From Rubripirellula sp. (GTDB lineage: Bacteria; Planctomycetota; Planctomycetia; Pirellulales; Pirellulaceae), in assembly GCA_965216875.1 (NCBI GenBank), contig OZ244207.1:2656001-2720000 (forward strand): a stretch of 64,000 bases of DNA, in the 5' to 3' direction. The first letter of the stretch is position 1, and each line of letters begins with the position of its first letter. Below are positions 10,906 through 21,354 of this stretch, in pieces. The position numbers were made by a program, and so were the translations under genes. The notes beneath the pieces were generated by a model. The model was not told the origin of the DNA and did no database searches. It saw nothing but the letters and a program-made list of their open reading frames with translations.

Positions 10906-12068
10906 AAGTCATGCTTGTCAGCAATACGACCTGGAACATCTACAACTTCCGAATGAACCTCGCTGATGCATTGCGTGAGCGAGGCTGCGAGGTCATTACC
11001 GTCGGAGTTGCCGACGGGTATGAGGAGAGAATCCGCCAACTCGATTATCAGTGGGCCGAATGGAAAATCACCCGGCGCAGTATCAATCCGTTTAGCGAAC
11101 TCGGCGCGGTCAACAATCTTCGCAAGGTTTATCGCGAACATCGACCCGACATCGTACAGCACTTCACCATCAAACCCGTGCTCTATGGCACGATCGCAGC
11201 GAGGTTGGCCGGTGTTCCTTCAGTGGTGAATTCAATCACGGGCCTTCCCTTCTTTCTGACTTCCCGTGCCGACGGCGGTTTGGGAGGACTCGCCAAGCGC
11301 CTTTCAATGACTTGGTACGCCAAGTGTTGCCTGGGGAAAGGGCGACGCGCCCTTTTTCAAAACCCTGACGATGTTGCTCTGCTCGGGAAATATGATCGAC
11401 GAATCGCTGACAAAGCAGTGATGGTGCCTGGCAGTGGTGTTGACCTCGACCGATTCACCTACACGAGACCATGCGAGGACGCATCTCGCAAAATCCGGGT
11501 CGTTTGCGTCGCACGTTTGATTCGGGAAAAAGGGGTTTTTGATCTCGTTGAAGCGGCCAAAATCATAGGCAAACAACGTGACGATGTTGAGTTTCTTTTC
11601 TGCGGTTCGCCTGACTCGGGGAACCGAACAAGCGTTGACGCCGAGACGTTCGAGCAGTGGAAACGAGAAAAGAACTTGATCCTTCCCGGCCATGTCGATG
11701 ATGTGCAAGCAGAACTGCGAAAGGCGGACATTGTCGCCCTACCCTCATTCCGCGAGGGGACGCCTCGGTCCCTGCTAGAAGCTGCGGCCATTGGCCGCCC
11801 TATCGTCAGCACCGATGTGCCCGGATGTCGCGAAACGGTTGACGATGGTCAAACGGGCTGGCTTGTTCCTCCACGTGATCCTGTCAAGCTCGCGGAAGCG
11901 ATTTCCAAACTTGTCGACGACCCCGAAATGCGAAGCCGAATGGGCAAGGCCGCACGAGCAAAAGCTGAATCCCAATTTGATGAACAGATCGTTATCGAAA
12001 GAACCTTGTCGGTCTACCAAGACTTGGTTGGTTCCTCGCTCGCGCAAATCCAAGGAGCAAGGCAATGA
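10902..12068 (+). CDS. GT4 glycosyltransferase (CapM/WbuB-like)
   Basis: NFR, FTIKP.LYG, FQN.DD, LPSFREGTPRSLLEAAA.GRP. Confidence 0.92.
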   Translation: MKVMLVSNTTWNIYNFRMNLADALRERGCEVITVGVADGYEERIRQLDYQWAEWKITRRSINPFSELGAVNNLRKVYREHRPDIVQHFTIKPVLYGTIAARLAGVPSVVNSITGLPFFLTSRADGGLGGLAKRLSMTWYAKCCLGKGRRALFQNPDDVALLGKYDRRIADKAVMVPGSGVDLDRFTYTRPCEDASRKIRVVCVARLIREKGVFDLVEAAKIIGKQRDDVEFLFCGSPDSGNRTSVDAETFEQWKREKNLILPGHVDDVQAELRKADIVALPSFREGTPRSLLEAAAIGRPIVSTDVPGCRETVDDGQTGWLVPPRDPVKLAEAISKLVDDPEMRSRMGKAARAKAESQFDEQIVIERTLSVYQDLVGSSLAQIQGARQ

Positions 12069-12895
12069 GCTGCATTTTTTCGGTCGATGTCGAAGATTGG
12101 TTCCACATTCTTGACCTACCCTCTACACCTTCAATCGATCGCTGGAATTCACTCGAGAGCCATGTCGAGAAAGACTTTTTTGTTCTGCTGGACATGATGC
12201 AAAAAGCCGACGTAACATCGACCTGCTTTTTCCTGGGTTGGGTTGCCGAACGGTTTCCCGATTTGGTCAAGGCGGCGGCGGAGGCCGGCCACGAAATTGG
12301 ATCACACGGCTACGGTCACGAATTGGTCTATGAACTCGACGCTCAAGCGTTCCGCGACGACATCCAACGCGCAAAGGACGCGATTGAGTCTGCGTGTGGG
12401 CGCCAGGTGAAAGGGTATCGCGCCCCAGGATTTAGCTTCACGGCCGAAACACCATGGGTCTACGAACAACTTGCCAATGCGGGATACCAATACAGTTCGT
12501 CTGTTTTTCCTGCCTCACGCGGACACGGCGGCATCAGCGACGCAGAGATGGATCCCTTCTTCACCGACGAAGGTGTGGCTGAATTCCCAATCTCGGTTGT
12601 CAACAAATTTGGCAAACGCCTTTGTCTTTTCGGTGGTGGCTACCTGCGACTTTTCCCCGGCGGAATGGTCCGCAAGGCGGCACGCGGTGTCTTACGCTCT
12701 GGCAGAATCGTCAACTTCTACATCCATCCCAGAGAGATCAATCCAAGTCACCCTCGACTCGAAATGTCACGATTGCGGCGGTTCAAGACCTACGTCAACC
12801 TGACGACCACCGAAGGCAAGTTGAGCAAATTGTTCCACGAGTTTGATTTCACAACTTTCGAGCAAGAGCTCGCAAAGTTGAAAAAACCGGCATAA
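12065..12895 (+). CDS. Polysaccharide deacetylase (exosortase-associated type)
   Basis: SVDVEDWFH, HEIGSHGYGH, GYRAPGFS, GGGYLRL, YIHP.EI. Confidence 0.9.
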   Translation: MSCIFSVDVEDWFHILDLPSTPSIDRWNSLESHVEKDFFVLLDMMQKADVTSTCFFLGWVAERFPDLVKAAAEAGHEIGSHGYGHELVYELDAQAFRDDIQRAKDAIESACGRQVKGYRAPGFSFTAETPWVYEQLANAGYQYSSSVFPASRGHGGISDAEMDPFFTDEGVAEFPISVVNKFGKRLCLFGGGYLRLFPGGMVRKAARGVLRSGRIVNFYIHPREINPSHPRLEMSRLRRFKTYVNLTTTEGKLSKLFHEFDFTTFEQELAKLKKPA

Positions 12896-13080
12896 TCGGT
12901 GAGGTTGGATCATCGGGCCGACCCACTCGGATTTGACCAGATTCTCTCGGCGGGCAAGTTGACCTTTCCGACTTGTCTGGCAAGACTGGAATCTTCTTCG
13001 CCAGAGCTGCGTCTGACTGGTGAACAACCTTTTCCTTCCCATCCATTGACCACGCAACGTGGTCGTTTCCAGTGAGAACG

Positions 13081-13749
13081 ATGATGGCTACCGACGGTTC
13101 AAAACAGACCGCAGATTTCTTTCACTCCTACGCACATGACTTTGATGCAATCTACGGAACCAAACACACGTTCCTGAACAAAGCAATCAACAGTCTGTTT
13201 CGCAAGAGCATGCGGATCCGGTATGAGAGGTCTATCGTTGGCTGTGATCCAATTGACGGCAAGAGCGTGCTCGATGTCGGGTGCGGTCCGGGGCACTTCG
13301 CGATTGCGCTCGCCAAACGGGGTGCAGCCCGAGTCCTAGGGCTCGACTTTGCGGAGGGGATGCTTGACGTTGCCAAACGAAACGCCCAATCACAGGGTGT
13401 TGCTGATCAATGCGAGTGGCAATTTGGCGACTTCAACACCTACGAATTCAACGAGACGTTTGACTACACCATCGTGTGTGGGTTCATGGACTACATGGAA
13501 GACCCTAAGTCAGTAATCGAGAAAGTTCTGGCCCACACAAATCGCCGCGCCTTCTTTAGTTTTCCTGCTGACAGCGGCATCCTGGCGTGGCAACGCAAGC
13601 GTCGCTACGAGAGCAAGTGTCCACTCTACCTCTACTCGGAATCACGAATTCGCGAACTCTTTTCGTCGGTCACGGAGAACCCGTTTGACGTCGATCCGAT
13701 CAGCCGCGACTACTTCGTGACCGTCTACCAGGACGGGCAACGCGGATAA
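13081..13749 (+). CDS. Class I SAM-dependent methyltransferase
   Basis: VLDVGCGPG motif. Confidence 0.88.
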   Translation: MMATDGSKQTADFFHSYAHDFDAIYGTKHTFLNKAINSLFRKSMRIRYERSIVGCDPIDGKSVLDVGCGPGHFAIALAKRGAARVLGLDFAEGMLDVAKRNAQSQGVADQCEWQFGDFNTYEFNETFDYTIVCGFMDYMEDPKSVIEKVLAHTNRRAFFSFPADSGILAWQRKRRYESKCPLYLYSESRIRELFSSVTENPFDVDPISRDYFVTVYQDGQRG

Positions 13750-13779
13750 CAGCCGTCAGCATCCAATTTTGAAGCCAAT

Positions 13780-13821
13780 GGCCCCAAACGCGCCGAAAGC
13801 GGTTTGGGGCCTTTCGTTTTT
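13780..13821 (+). terminator. Rho-independent terminator
   Basis: GGCCCCAAAC...GTTTGGGGCC followed by TTTCGTTTTT. Confidence 0.75.
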
Positions 13822-14133
13822 CATAGCGAATCAGCTAGGGAAGAATCACCATTCCTTGCGTGCAGGGCTCACCACCCAGGTGGCGATTTGCGAGGAACTT
13901 GAGGGAAGCCCTGGGCATCAAATAAGTGACCGAATCGGCTTTGCCGGTTGTATCGGTCCGACCTGGAATGGCCCATTTTCCACACTCGGCGACGGGGATT
14001 TTTGCTATTCCCAATCAAACGCCGGCTATAAACTGAATCTCTCGAGACGCCCCTCGCGGCGCAACCTACCGATCTCCATTGTTGGCTCCGTTTCTTGGCT
14101 GCCAGCGGCAATTGGTCCCACACTCATCTACCT

Positions 14134-16608
14134 ATGAACTCACTGTCAAATACACAGAGAATTCTCGCAAGCTCGTCCCAACCCGAGGCGGATTCTGGCG
14201 CTGCTGGGCAAACGCCAGACATCTTGAGCGCTCTGTGGCGTTACCGCTGGGCGGTCGTCCTTCCGTGTGTGGTTTCGACGTTGATCGCGTTTCTGATCTA
14301 CAGCCGCACTGCCGAAGTTTTTGAATCGTCGAGCCGGCTCTTGATTGAGTCCAATCGTCCCGCCGTGCTCGATCAAGTCTCGGGAGATGTTGTGGGTGGA
14401 GTCCCGGAAGTCGAGATCATTCAATCGCAGCTCTTTAGCGATATCGTGCTGCAGACGGCGTTTGAAGCCGAGGTGATGCAGCCCTTTCGAGAGCGAACGT
14501 TTAACAACGACCCCGCCCAGTTTGCTAGCCTGACTCATCGGTCGCTGAGTCTTGTTTCCAACGCCAACGCCATGCCCCTCGCCTCAGCAAGGGTCATGGT
14601 TTTGAGGTTCAAGCACGAAGACAAAGACCTTGCCAAGGCAGCGGTCGAATCGTTCAGTGGCGCACTGCAGAAGCTTTTCGACAATCGTCAAAAGGCGTCA
14701 CGCCAGAACCTGATTTCGTTCGTATCGGGAAAGGTTGACGAGATCCGAACGGAAACCTCGCGACTTGAGAGAGAGTATGCCTCCTTCCGAAAGGACGCAG
14801 ACCTCATTTGGGATGCCAACGGCCAAGCTGTAAATCCTCATCGCGAACGCCAGCTCTTTTTGACGAAACGCAGGAGCGAACTCAAAGAGGTCGTCGGCCA
14901 GAAGGCAATGGAATTGGCCGCCATCAAGTCGATCGCCGAAAAGACAAAGGATCACGAAGTTGCCGCTGGCGTGATCGGTCAACTCATGAACGTCGAGCTC
15001 GACTTGCCATCGGCGAAATTGACCGAGCAAAACCTTCGCGAAGCGGATGCAGAACTCGCGCAATTGCGGCTCGACCAGGAACTGGTCCCGCTCATGATTC
15101 AACGAAACAAATACGCTGCCCAGTTTGGCGAAGAGCACCCTACCGTGCGTGAGCTCGATGCGGAACTGGAAATGATGAAGAGCGAGCTCAAGCGAATCGT
15201 CGCCCAGCAGACCGAGCGAATCATCGAACTGATGGACGAGAAACGCAGCAACGACCTCGACCCCAAACAACTCGCTAGAGAAGCGATTCTCACGGTTGTT
15301 AACGCGACTCAAGCAGAAATTGGTCTGTTGGATCAAAAGATCGCGGCGATTGATGAACAGATTGCAGCAGAAAAGGTGCAAGCGACAGCACTCGCTCAAG
15401 CGGAACAACGAAATGAAGCGATGCTTCGTGAGATCGAAGCAAACTCGAAGCTGCTCGATCAGTTTATCGACTATATGAAACGCACGCGTTTGACCGATGA
15501 AACCGGCGGGACGCGCGTTGAAGTTCTGACGCGTCCGAGTCCCGGCACTCGCGTGGCCCCGATGCTCGCAAAGTACCTGGCAATCGGCTGTTTCCTCGGC
15601 CTGGGCCTCGGTTTCGGACTCGCCTTTTTGCTCGAGAAGAACGCCAACACGTTCCGAGACCCCGAGGAAGTCTCCGAGTTGCTCGGCGTTCCGGTTCTTT
15701 CTCATCTGCCTTTCTTCAAAGGGCGGACTCGCAAAGTCAAACGGGGTGAGATCGATCCTTTCGAAAAACTCGATCCGTACCTTTCGGTCGTCCACCAGCC
15801 GGCATCGATTGCGGCCGAGGCAATCCGCAGTGTGCGCACGTCGCTGATGTTTGAACTCGCAGGTGAGGGTGGCAAGATCGTTCAGGTGACCAGCCCGCTT
15901 CCTGGTGACGGGAAAAGTACGATTGCAGGAAACCTGGCTTGCTCGCTCGCACAGAGCGGTAAACGCGTTCTCGCAATCGACTGTGACCTGCGACGACCTC
16001 AGCTGACCGACAACTTCTCATTCAGCGAGGAGTTGGGCCTGACCAACGTTCTCAACGGAGAATGCGAGCCACAGGATGCTAGCCATCAAACACCGTTGGC
16101 AAATCTTCGGGTCATGCCCAGCGGCCCAATTCCCTCAAACCCCGCCGAAGCACTCACCTTGCCCGAAATGGCGGAACTGCTTGAGCTGCTACGTGAGCAA
16201 TACGATTACGTTGTCCTGGACACCCCGCCGCTGCTTGTTGTGACCGACCCAAGCATCACGGCCAGCATGGTCGACGGCGTTCTGTTGGCTCTTCGAATTC
16301 GTCGCAAAAGTCGCCCCAACGCAAAGGAAGCGGCAAACATTTTGCGTGCCGTTGGCTCCAGGTTGATGGGGGTCGTCATCAACAACTCCGACGAATCCGG
16401 GTCAAGTGATGGCTACCGCGGTTACGGATATTACCGCTACGGACGCTACACCAGCCGCTACTACCGAGCTGGCGGCAGCGGCAACAACTCGAACGCGGCG
16501 AGCAAAGCCCCGATGGTCGTTTCGGGGCGTGGGCTAGCCAAGCTTGGTCGGGCCGAAGAAGACCCCTCGGCCGCGTATGAAGCAAGATTGGATGACGTGA
16601 TTGAGTGA
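14134..16608 (+). CDS. wzc: Polysaccharide co-polymerase/tyrosine autokinase (Wzc)
   Basis: Two TM segments, coiled coil, HP.V motif, Walker A SPLPGDGKST, DCDLRRP, LDTPP, C-terminal Tyr cluster. Confidence 0.92.
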   Translation: MNSLSNTQRILASSSQPEADSGAAGQTPDILSALWRYRWAVVLPCVVSTLIAFLIYSRTAEVFESSSRLLIESNRPAVLDQVSGDVVGGVPEVEIIQSQLFSDIVLQTAFEAEVMQPFRERTFNNDPAQFASLTHRSLSLVSNANAMPLASARVMVLRFKHEDKDLAKAAVESFSGALQKLFDNRQKASRQNLISFVSGKVDEIRTETSRLEREYASFRKDADLIWDANGQAVNPHRERQLFLTKRRSELKEVVGQKAMELAAIKSIAEKTKDHEVAAGVIGQLMNVELDLPSAKLTEQNLREADAELAQLRLDQELVPLMIQRNKYAAQFGEEHPTVRELDAELEMMKSELKRIVAQQTERIIELMDEKRSNDLDPKQLAREAILTVVNATQAEIGLLDQKIAAIDEQIAAEKVQATALAQAEQRNEAMLREIEANSKLLDQFIDYMKRTRLTDETGGTRVEVLTRPSPGTRVAPMLAKYLAIGCFLGLGLGFGLAFLLEKNANTFRDPEEVSELLGVPVLSHLPFFKGRTRKVKRGEIDPFEKLDPYLSVVHQPASIAAEAIRSVRTSLMFELAGEGGKIVQVTSPLPGDGKSTIAGNLACSLAQSGKRVLAIDCDLRRPQLTDNFSFSEELGLTNVLNGECEPQDASHQTPLANLRVMPSGPIPSNPAEALTLPEMAELLELLREQYDYVVLDTPPLLVVTDPSITASMVDGVLLALRIRRKSRPNAKEAANILRAVGSRLMGVVINNSDESGSSDGYRGYGYYRYGRYTSRYYRAGGSGNNSNAASKAPMVVSGRGLAKLGRAEEDPSAAYEARLDDVIE

Positions 16609-16679
16609 TCCACGCGCCCGGAAAAGTGACCATTCTGTGAGCCCGTGCGTCGCGAACATTCCGTTAAAAAAAATCAACA

Positions 16680-18428
16680 ATGACTTCAGCTGACCTTCTC
16701 GAACAAAGCTTGCATGACCGCGAGGTGGCGTCACCGACAAACAAGTACTGGGCAGTCTTTTGGCTTGGGCTGTTTGCGAGTTGCGTCCCAATGCTGCTGG
16801 TCTACATGAAGCAAATGTGGGCGCTGGATCAGTATCAATACTTTCCCTTCGTTTTCGTCGTCGTTGGCGCCCTTCTTTACAAACGCTTCCCAGGGATCTT
16901 TCGCCCGCCTGCCAACTGGTACCGATGGACGCAAATCGCATTGGCGATGCTGATGGTGGCCGGCTCCATTCTAGTGAGGTCGCCCTGGCTCACTGGAGTC
17001 GGATTCGTCCTGCTTGCCTCAAGCTTTCTTGGATCAAACTTTGGACGTGATGGTCGCGTACTTAGCCCGCTGATCCTCCCGCTGATCATGCTGATCCGCT
17101 TGCCCCTTGGGTATGACAAGCTGCTCGTCATCCGCCTGCAGAGCATCACGACCGACCTGTCGAGCGTCATGCTCGACATCATCGGAATCCCTCACGATGC
17201 ATCGGCCAACATCATTCGCCTGGCCAATAAAGAGCTGTTCGTAGCTGAAGCATGCAGCGGAATCCAATCCGTCTTTACTCTCGCATTTATCGCGATCGCG
17301 TTGGTGACCCTATTGAATCGACGCATTTGGCTAGCCCCCGTCTACATCCTCATCGCAATCTTCTTGGCAGTGGCGGCCAACGTCATGCGAGTCACATCGG
17401 TTGCAGTCGGCCAAGCGTGGTATGGCGTCGATTTGTCGGAGGGTTGGTTGCACGACTTGATTGGCTATGTCGCATTGCTAGTCGCAGTACTTTTCCTGCT
17501 GTCCTTCGATCAATTGGTAATGACACTGCTGCATCCGGTTGATCCGGCCGAAGACGAGTCCGTACCTAACCCCCTGATCACCGCCTGGAATTGGCTCGTC
17601 AGCAGCGAAGACCAGCAGAAGTCCGACCAGGCGGCCGAGAGACTTCCACAATCATTCTCTTTCGAACTTGCCCCGCCCATGATTCGGATTGGGTTCGTAT
17701 TGCTGATTGGATTGGTATCGCTGGGTGGCGCCGCGCAAGCGACGCGTCTTACATTCTTCAACGACGCGGCAAATCTCGCGCCAGCTCGCGCCATGGTCAT
17801 GGCCACCTCAAGCGAACTGCTCGAAAGTCCTTCCTACCAACACATCAGCGTCGGCAACCATCAAGTCAATCGCGGAGGGTCGAACGAACGGCTCGGCGAC
17901 AACGCCGACCTGTGGGAGTTCCAGCTTGACGAAATCACTGGGCAACTCGTGTTGAGCCAGCCCTACCGCGGTTGGCACGAGCTATGCATCTGCTATGAAA
18001 TCCGGGACTGGATCCTGATCAATCGCCAGGTTGCCTTTCCCAATCCAGACATCACCGATAGCGACGACCCAAGCGATTTTCCGATCGCGTTTGCAAGATT
18101 AAAAAGCGGCAACAACTTTGGATACCTGATGTACACCTGCGTCGGATCCAACGGAGATGTTATCCAACCTCCACCGAAGCCGGGGCGTCTGGGAACAAGG
18201 TTCGATGACTTGGTGTACTCTGGCGACGCCTATGATCGGGATGACCTGATGATGCTGCAGCTTTGGGTCGTTAGCGACAAGAAACTCTCGCTGCCGCAAA
18301 TCGCGGCACTTAAAACCGATTTCCTCGTTGCCCGACAAACGGTTGTCGACGCGGCGAAACACAACAACGCTCACTCCAGTGGCGAACTCGAAGCGAACTC
18401 GGGCGACCAGCAGGAGGGCTCACGATGA
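16680..18428 (+). CDS. Exosortase (exosortase U-like) with C-terminal periplasmic domain
   Basis: Multi-TM; VAEACSG (Cys), ANVMR (Arg), HDLIG (His) catalytic motifs. Confidence 0.85.
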   Translation: MTSADLLEQSLHDREVASPTNKYWAVFWLGLFASCVPMLLVYMKQMWALDQYQYFPFVFVVVGALLYKRFPGIFRPPANWYRWTQIALAMLMVAGSILVRSPWLTGVGFVLLASSFLGSNFGRDGRVLSPLILPLIMLIRLPLGYDKLLVIRLQSITTDLSSVMLDIIGIPHDASANIIRLANKELFVAEACSGIQSVFTLAFIAIALVTLLNRRIWLAPVYILIAIFLAVAANVMRVTSVAVGQAWYGVDLSEGWLHDLIGYVALLVAVLFLLSFDQLVMTLLHPVDPAEDESVPNPLITAWNWLVSSEDQQKSDQAAERLPQSFSFELAPPMIRIGFVLLIGLVSLGGAAQATRLTFFNDAANLAPARAMVMATSSELLESPSYQHISVGNHQVNRGGSNERLGDNADLWEFQLDEITGQLVLSQPYRGWHELCICYEIRDWILINRQVAFPNPDITDSDDPSDFPIAFARLKSGNNFGYLMYTCVGSNGDVIQPPPKPGRLGTRFDDLVYSGDAYDRDDLMMLQLWVVSDKKLSLPQIAALKTDFLVARQTVVDAAKHNNAHSSGELEANSGDQQEGSR

Positions 18429-19894
18429 GATTCCTCAACCCCGTACTGTGGGGACGCTGGCTTGGAAACTTCCTCGTCCAATACACGCTATCGATTCCCT
18501 GGGGACGCGTCTCCCATGGCATTCCCGCCTTGCTCCTCGTCGCCTTACTTGGCAGCGGCTTGCTCATCACACTCGGCGATGGCACAGACTGGCGAAACCG
18601 TTTGCTCGACCAACGATTGGAAACCGCCTGGGAAAGTGACGACTATGAAACCACCGAGCTTATCGTTCGCCGGAAACTTACGCATGATCCTGATGACTCA
18701 GATTCGGTCTTTCAGTTGGGACTAACATTATGCGCAAAGGGCGACTATGAAAAAGGAACGCTTTTGCTGCGGCAGCTCGTCGAACACCACAAGCACGATG
18801 AAGCAGCGCTCTGGCTCTTAAAAGAAGAATATGACGGCAAGCCCTGGAAAGATCTCAGTGAGCAGCAGCGAGAGGAGCTCGGGATCATCTTATCCGTCTT
18901 GCATGGAGCGAATCCAAACGACTTTGGCGTCCAGACGATGTACGTCGAATACCTGATCGCGACCCAGCGTTACCCTCAGGCACTTCCGATCTTAGAAAAG
19001 CTTGCAATCACCGAACCGATGCGCGGACTGCAGGGAGCTGCGATCGCACGGCACCTTGGTCGCAACGCTTTAGCCGACCGGCTTGCAAAACGCACCCTTG
19101 AAGAGATGGCCAAGACTTCGCGCGAAGAACCGACCAATGCGAGCCTGGCCATGTCGGTTGCACAAAATCAATTGTTCCTTTTGCGACACGAAGACGCGAT
19201 CCAAACCTTGGCAATCGCAATTCGACGAGCGAAAAACAAGAACGATGAAAACAAGCTCCGATCGGCGATCGGCGATTCGTACGTCGCCTGGGTGCAGCAC
19301 ATTGAAACCACGCCATCTGAAAGCATCGCTGCGAAGCTCCGAATTCTGAAACTGCTCCAACAGGCACTTCAATTCGCTCCGCAAAATCAACGTGTCCTCG
19401 CTCTTGTCGCTGACCGCGTCCTGGCAAGTGCAGACGAAGACGAAGAAGAAATCGCAGAGATACGACGAGCCCTGATTGAAGGCACATCACCTGGAATTGC
19501 GCATTTCATTCAAGGCACGACCGCATTGCTCAAGGATGACAGCGCCAAGGCGATGACCCATCTCAAGATCGCTGCTGAGCTACTGCCAAACAGCGGCGCA
19601 ATCTTGAACAACCTCGCAGTCGCTCTGACCAAGCAAGGGGATGAGCATCTCGAAGAAGCCCTCAAGCTGTCCGACCAAGCGGTCTCGACGCTAAAAGTTC
19701 CGCCACCACACTTCTACGAAACACGCGGCCAGATCCGACTTCGCCTGGGAAAACACCTCGAAGCGATCCCTGATCTCGAACGCGCGCTTCAGCATCCCGA
19801 CCTCGCTCAAAAGGCACATGCGGCTTTGGCGGAGTGCTATGAGGCAATCGGCGATGAAGATCTCGCCAACGAACACCGCAAAAAGGCTGGGTAG
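18425..19894 (+). CDS. Membrane-anchored TPR protein
   Basis: N-terminal TM; TPR-like repeats (ILNNLA, YETRGQI, AIPDLERAL). Confidence 0.8.
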   Translation: MRFLNPVLWGRWLGNFLVQYTLSIPWGRVSHGIPALLLVALLGSGLLITLGDGTDWRNRLLDQRLETAWESDDYETTELIVRRKLTHDPDDSDSVFQLGLTLCAKGDYEKGTLLLRQLVEHHKHDEAALWLLKEEYDGKPWKDLSEQQREELGIILSVLHGANPNDFGVQTMYVEYLIATQRYPQALPILEKLAITEPMRGLQGAAIARHLGRNALADRLAKRTLEEMAKTSREEPTNASLAMSVAQNQLFLLRHEDAIQTLAIAIRRAKNKNDENKLRSAIGDSYVAWVQHIETTPSESIAAKLRILKLLQQALQFAPQNQRVLALVADRVLASADEDEEEIAEIRRALIEGTSPGIAHFIQGTTALLKDDSAKAMTHLKIAAELLPNSGAILNNLAVALTKQGDEHLEEALKLSDQAVSTLKVPPPHFYETRGQIRLRLGKHLEAIPDLERALQHPDLAQKAHAALAECYEAIGDEDLANEHRKKAG

Positions 19895-20046
19895 CGGGTG
19901 TTTCGTGACCATCTGTTCATGGTCAATTTGCTCGGATGCCGTTCCGTTGCCATTCGCAAGACTGGCTAAACAGCGTACGATCTCGTTTTTCGAGAACCGT
20001 TGTAAAACGAGCGCAAGCAACCAGAACGAGAACGGACATAGATTCA

Positions 20047-21036
20047 ATGAGCGGAGCAACAGACGCAACGGCACTCAAAGGCGCTCGGTGTTTGGTCACC
20101 GGCGGAGCTGGATTTATCGGGTCGCACATCGTCGATATGCTGCTCAAGCAAGGTGCCGATATTTCCGTCCTGGACAACTTCAGCACCGGCTACCGCAAAA
20201 ACCTTGATCACATCGATCCTGCCAAGATCAACTTGATCGAAGGGGATGCCGCCGACGAATCGATCGCGTCCACCGCAACCGAACGAGTCGATTTTGTTTT
20301 TCACCTCGCAGCAATGGCGAGCGTACCGCGCAGCATGCGCGAGCCCAGCCTTTGCCATGCGTGGTGTGCTACCAGCACTGTCAATCTGCTCAAAGGAGCA
20401 TCCGATGCTAGAGCCAAGCGGTTTGTGTTTGCCTCAACGAGCGCCGCGTATGGTGATTCAAGGTTTGTTGCCAAACGGGAGAGCGACCCGACGGCGCCAC
20501 TATCGCCTTACGCCAGCTCGAAGCTGTCTGGTGAATCCTATTGCAAGGCGTTCTCGCAAGGCTTTGGTTTGGAAACCGTTGTCCTTCGCTACTTTAACGT
20601 GTTTGGACCTCGGCAAGATCCAGAAAGCGAATACAGCGCGGTCATCCCACGTTTTGTTGCGATGATTTTGGCTGGGCAAGACCCAATCATTTACGGTGAT
20701 GGACAACAATCGCGAGATTTCGTTTTCGTGACCGATATCGCAAAAGCGAATCGACTTGCCGCGACCGTCGAAAGTGCGGCCGGCGGCACCTTCAACATCG
20801 GACGAGGTGAACGAACGACGCTGCTCGAATTGCTTAATGACCTACAAGAGATTCTCGGCCAGAAGATCTCACCCCAACACCACCCGCCGCGAGCTGGTGA
20901 CGTTCGTGACTCTTTGGCGGACATCACCGAGGCGCGTTCACGTTTGTGCTTCGAACCTGACGTGACGGTCAGGGACGGACTCAAGCAAAGCGTTGCCTAT
21001 TACCGCAGCCTCGTTGAGACCTCAGTTTCCAGCTAA
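20047..21036 (+). CDS. NAD-dependent nucleotide-sugar epimerase (extended SDR, WbpP-like)
   Basis: VTGGAGFIGSH, Y...K (YASSK), LRYFNVFGPRQDP. Confidence 0.92.
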   Translation: MSGATDATALKGARCLVTGGAGFIGSHIVDMLLKQGADISVLDNFSTGYRKNLDHIDPAKINLIEGDAADESIASTATERVDFVFHLAAMASVPRSMREPSLCHAWCATSTVNLLKGASDARAKRFVFASTSAAYGDSRFVAKRESDPTAPLSPYASSKLSGESYCKAFSQGFGLETVVLRYFNVFGPRQDPESEYSAVIPRFVAMILAGQDPIIYGDGQQSRDFVFVTDIAKANRLAATVESAAGGTFNIGRGERTTLLELLNDLQEILGQKISPQHHPPRAGDVRDSLADITEARSRLCFEPDVTVRDGLKQSVAYYRSLVETSVSS

Positions 21037-21247
21037 CTTGCCTGAAAAACGCCGGTTTCCTGTGAGCCTGGGTCTGAAAAGGGTGTCTCGTATTGCAGGC
21101 GACCCCTAGATTCGGAACAAAAGGATGGGGATCGGGACGAAAAGTGCGAGAGCGGAATTGCCGCGTTGACCAAATCCAACTCGCCCGATAAATTTGCGTT
21201 CCGATTCGAAGGGGCAGCGACCCAAACGGTCGCATCCCAAGTATCGC

Positions 21248-21322
21248 GGTGGCTGTAGCTCAGTTGGTTAGAGCGTCGGATTGTGGTTCCGAAAGTCGGG
21301 GGTTCGAATCCCCTCAGCCACC
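21248..21322 (+). tRNA. tRNA-His(GTG), prophage integration site
   Basis: Cloverleaf with G-1, acceptor GTGGCTG/CAGCCAC, anticodon arm TCGGA-TTGTGGT-TCCGA, GTTCGAATC T-loop, C73. Confidence 0.95.
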
Positions 21323-21326
21323 CTTG
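21278..21326 (+). repeat. attL core (49 bp, 3' part of tRNA-His)
   Basis: GGATTGTGG...CAGCCACCCTTG identical to 59607-59655. Confidence 0.95.
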
Positions 21327-21354
21327 AAAACACGGCATTTCTGGCATGCTCAAT

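Noticed and set aside
19886..19900. ops/JUMPstart element before the epimerase
   Set aside because: GGGTAGCGGGTG is only a partial match, overlaps a stop codon and is not at the operon start
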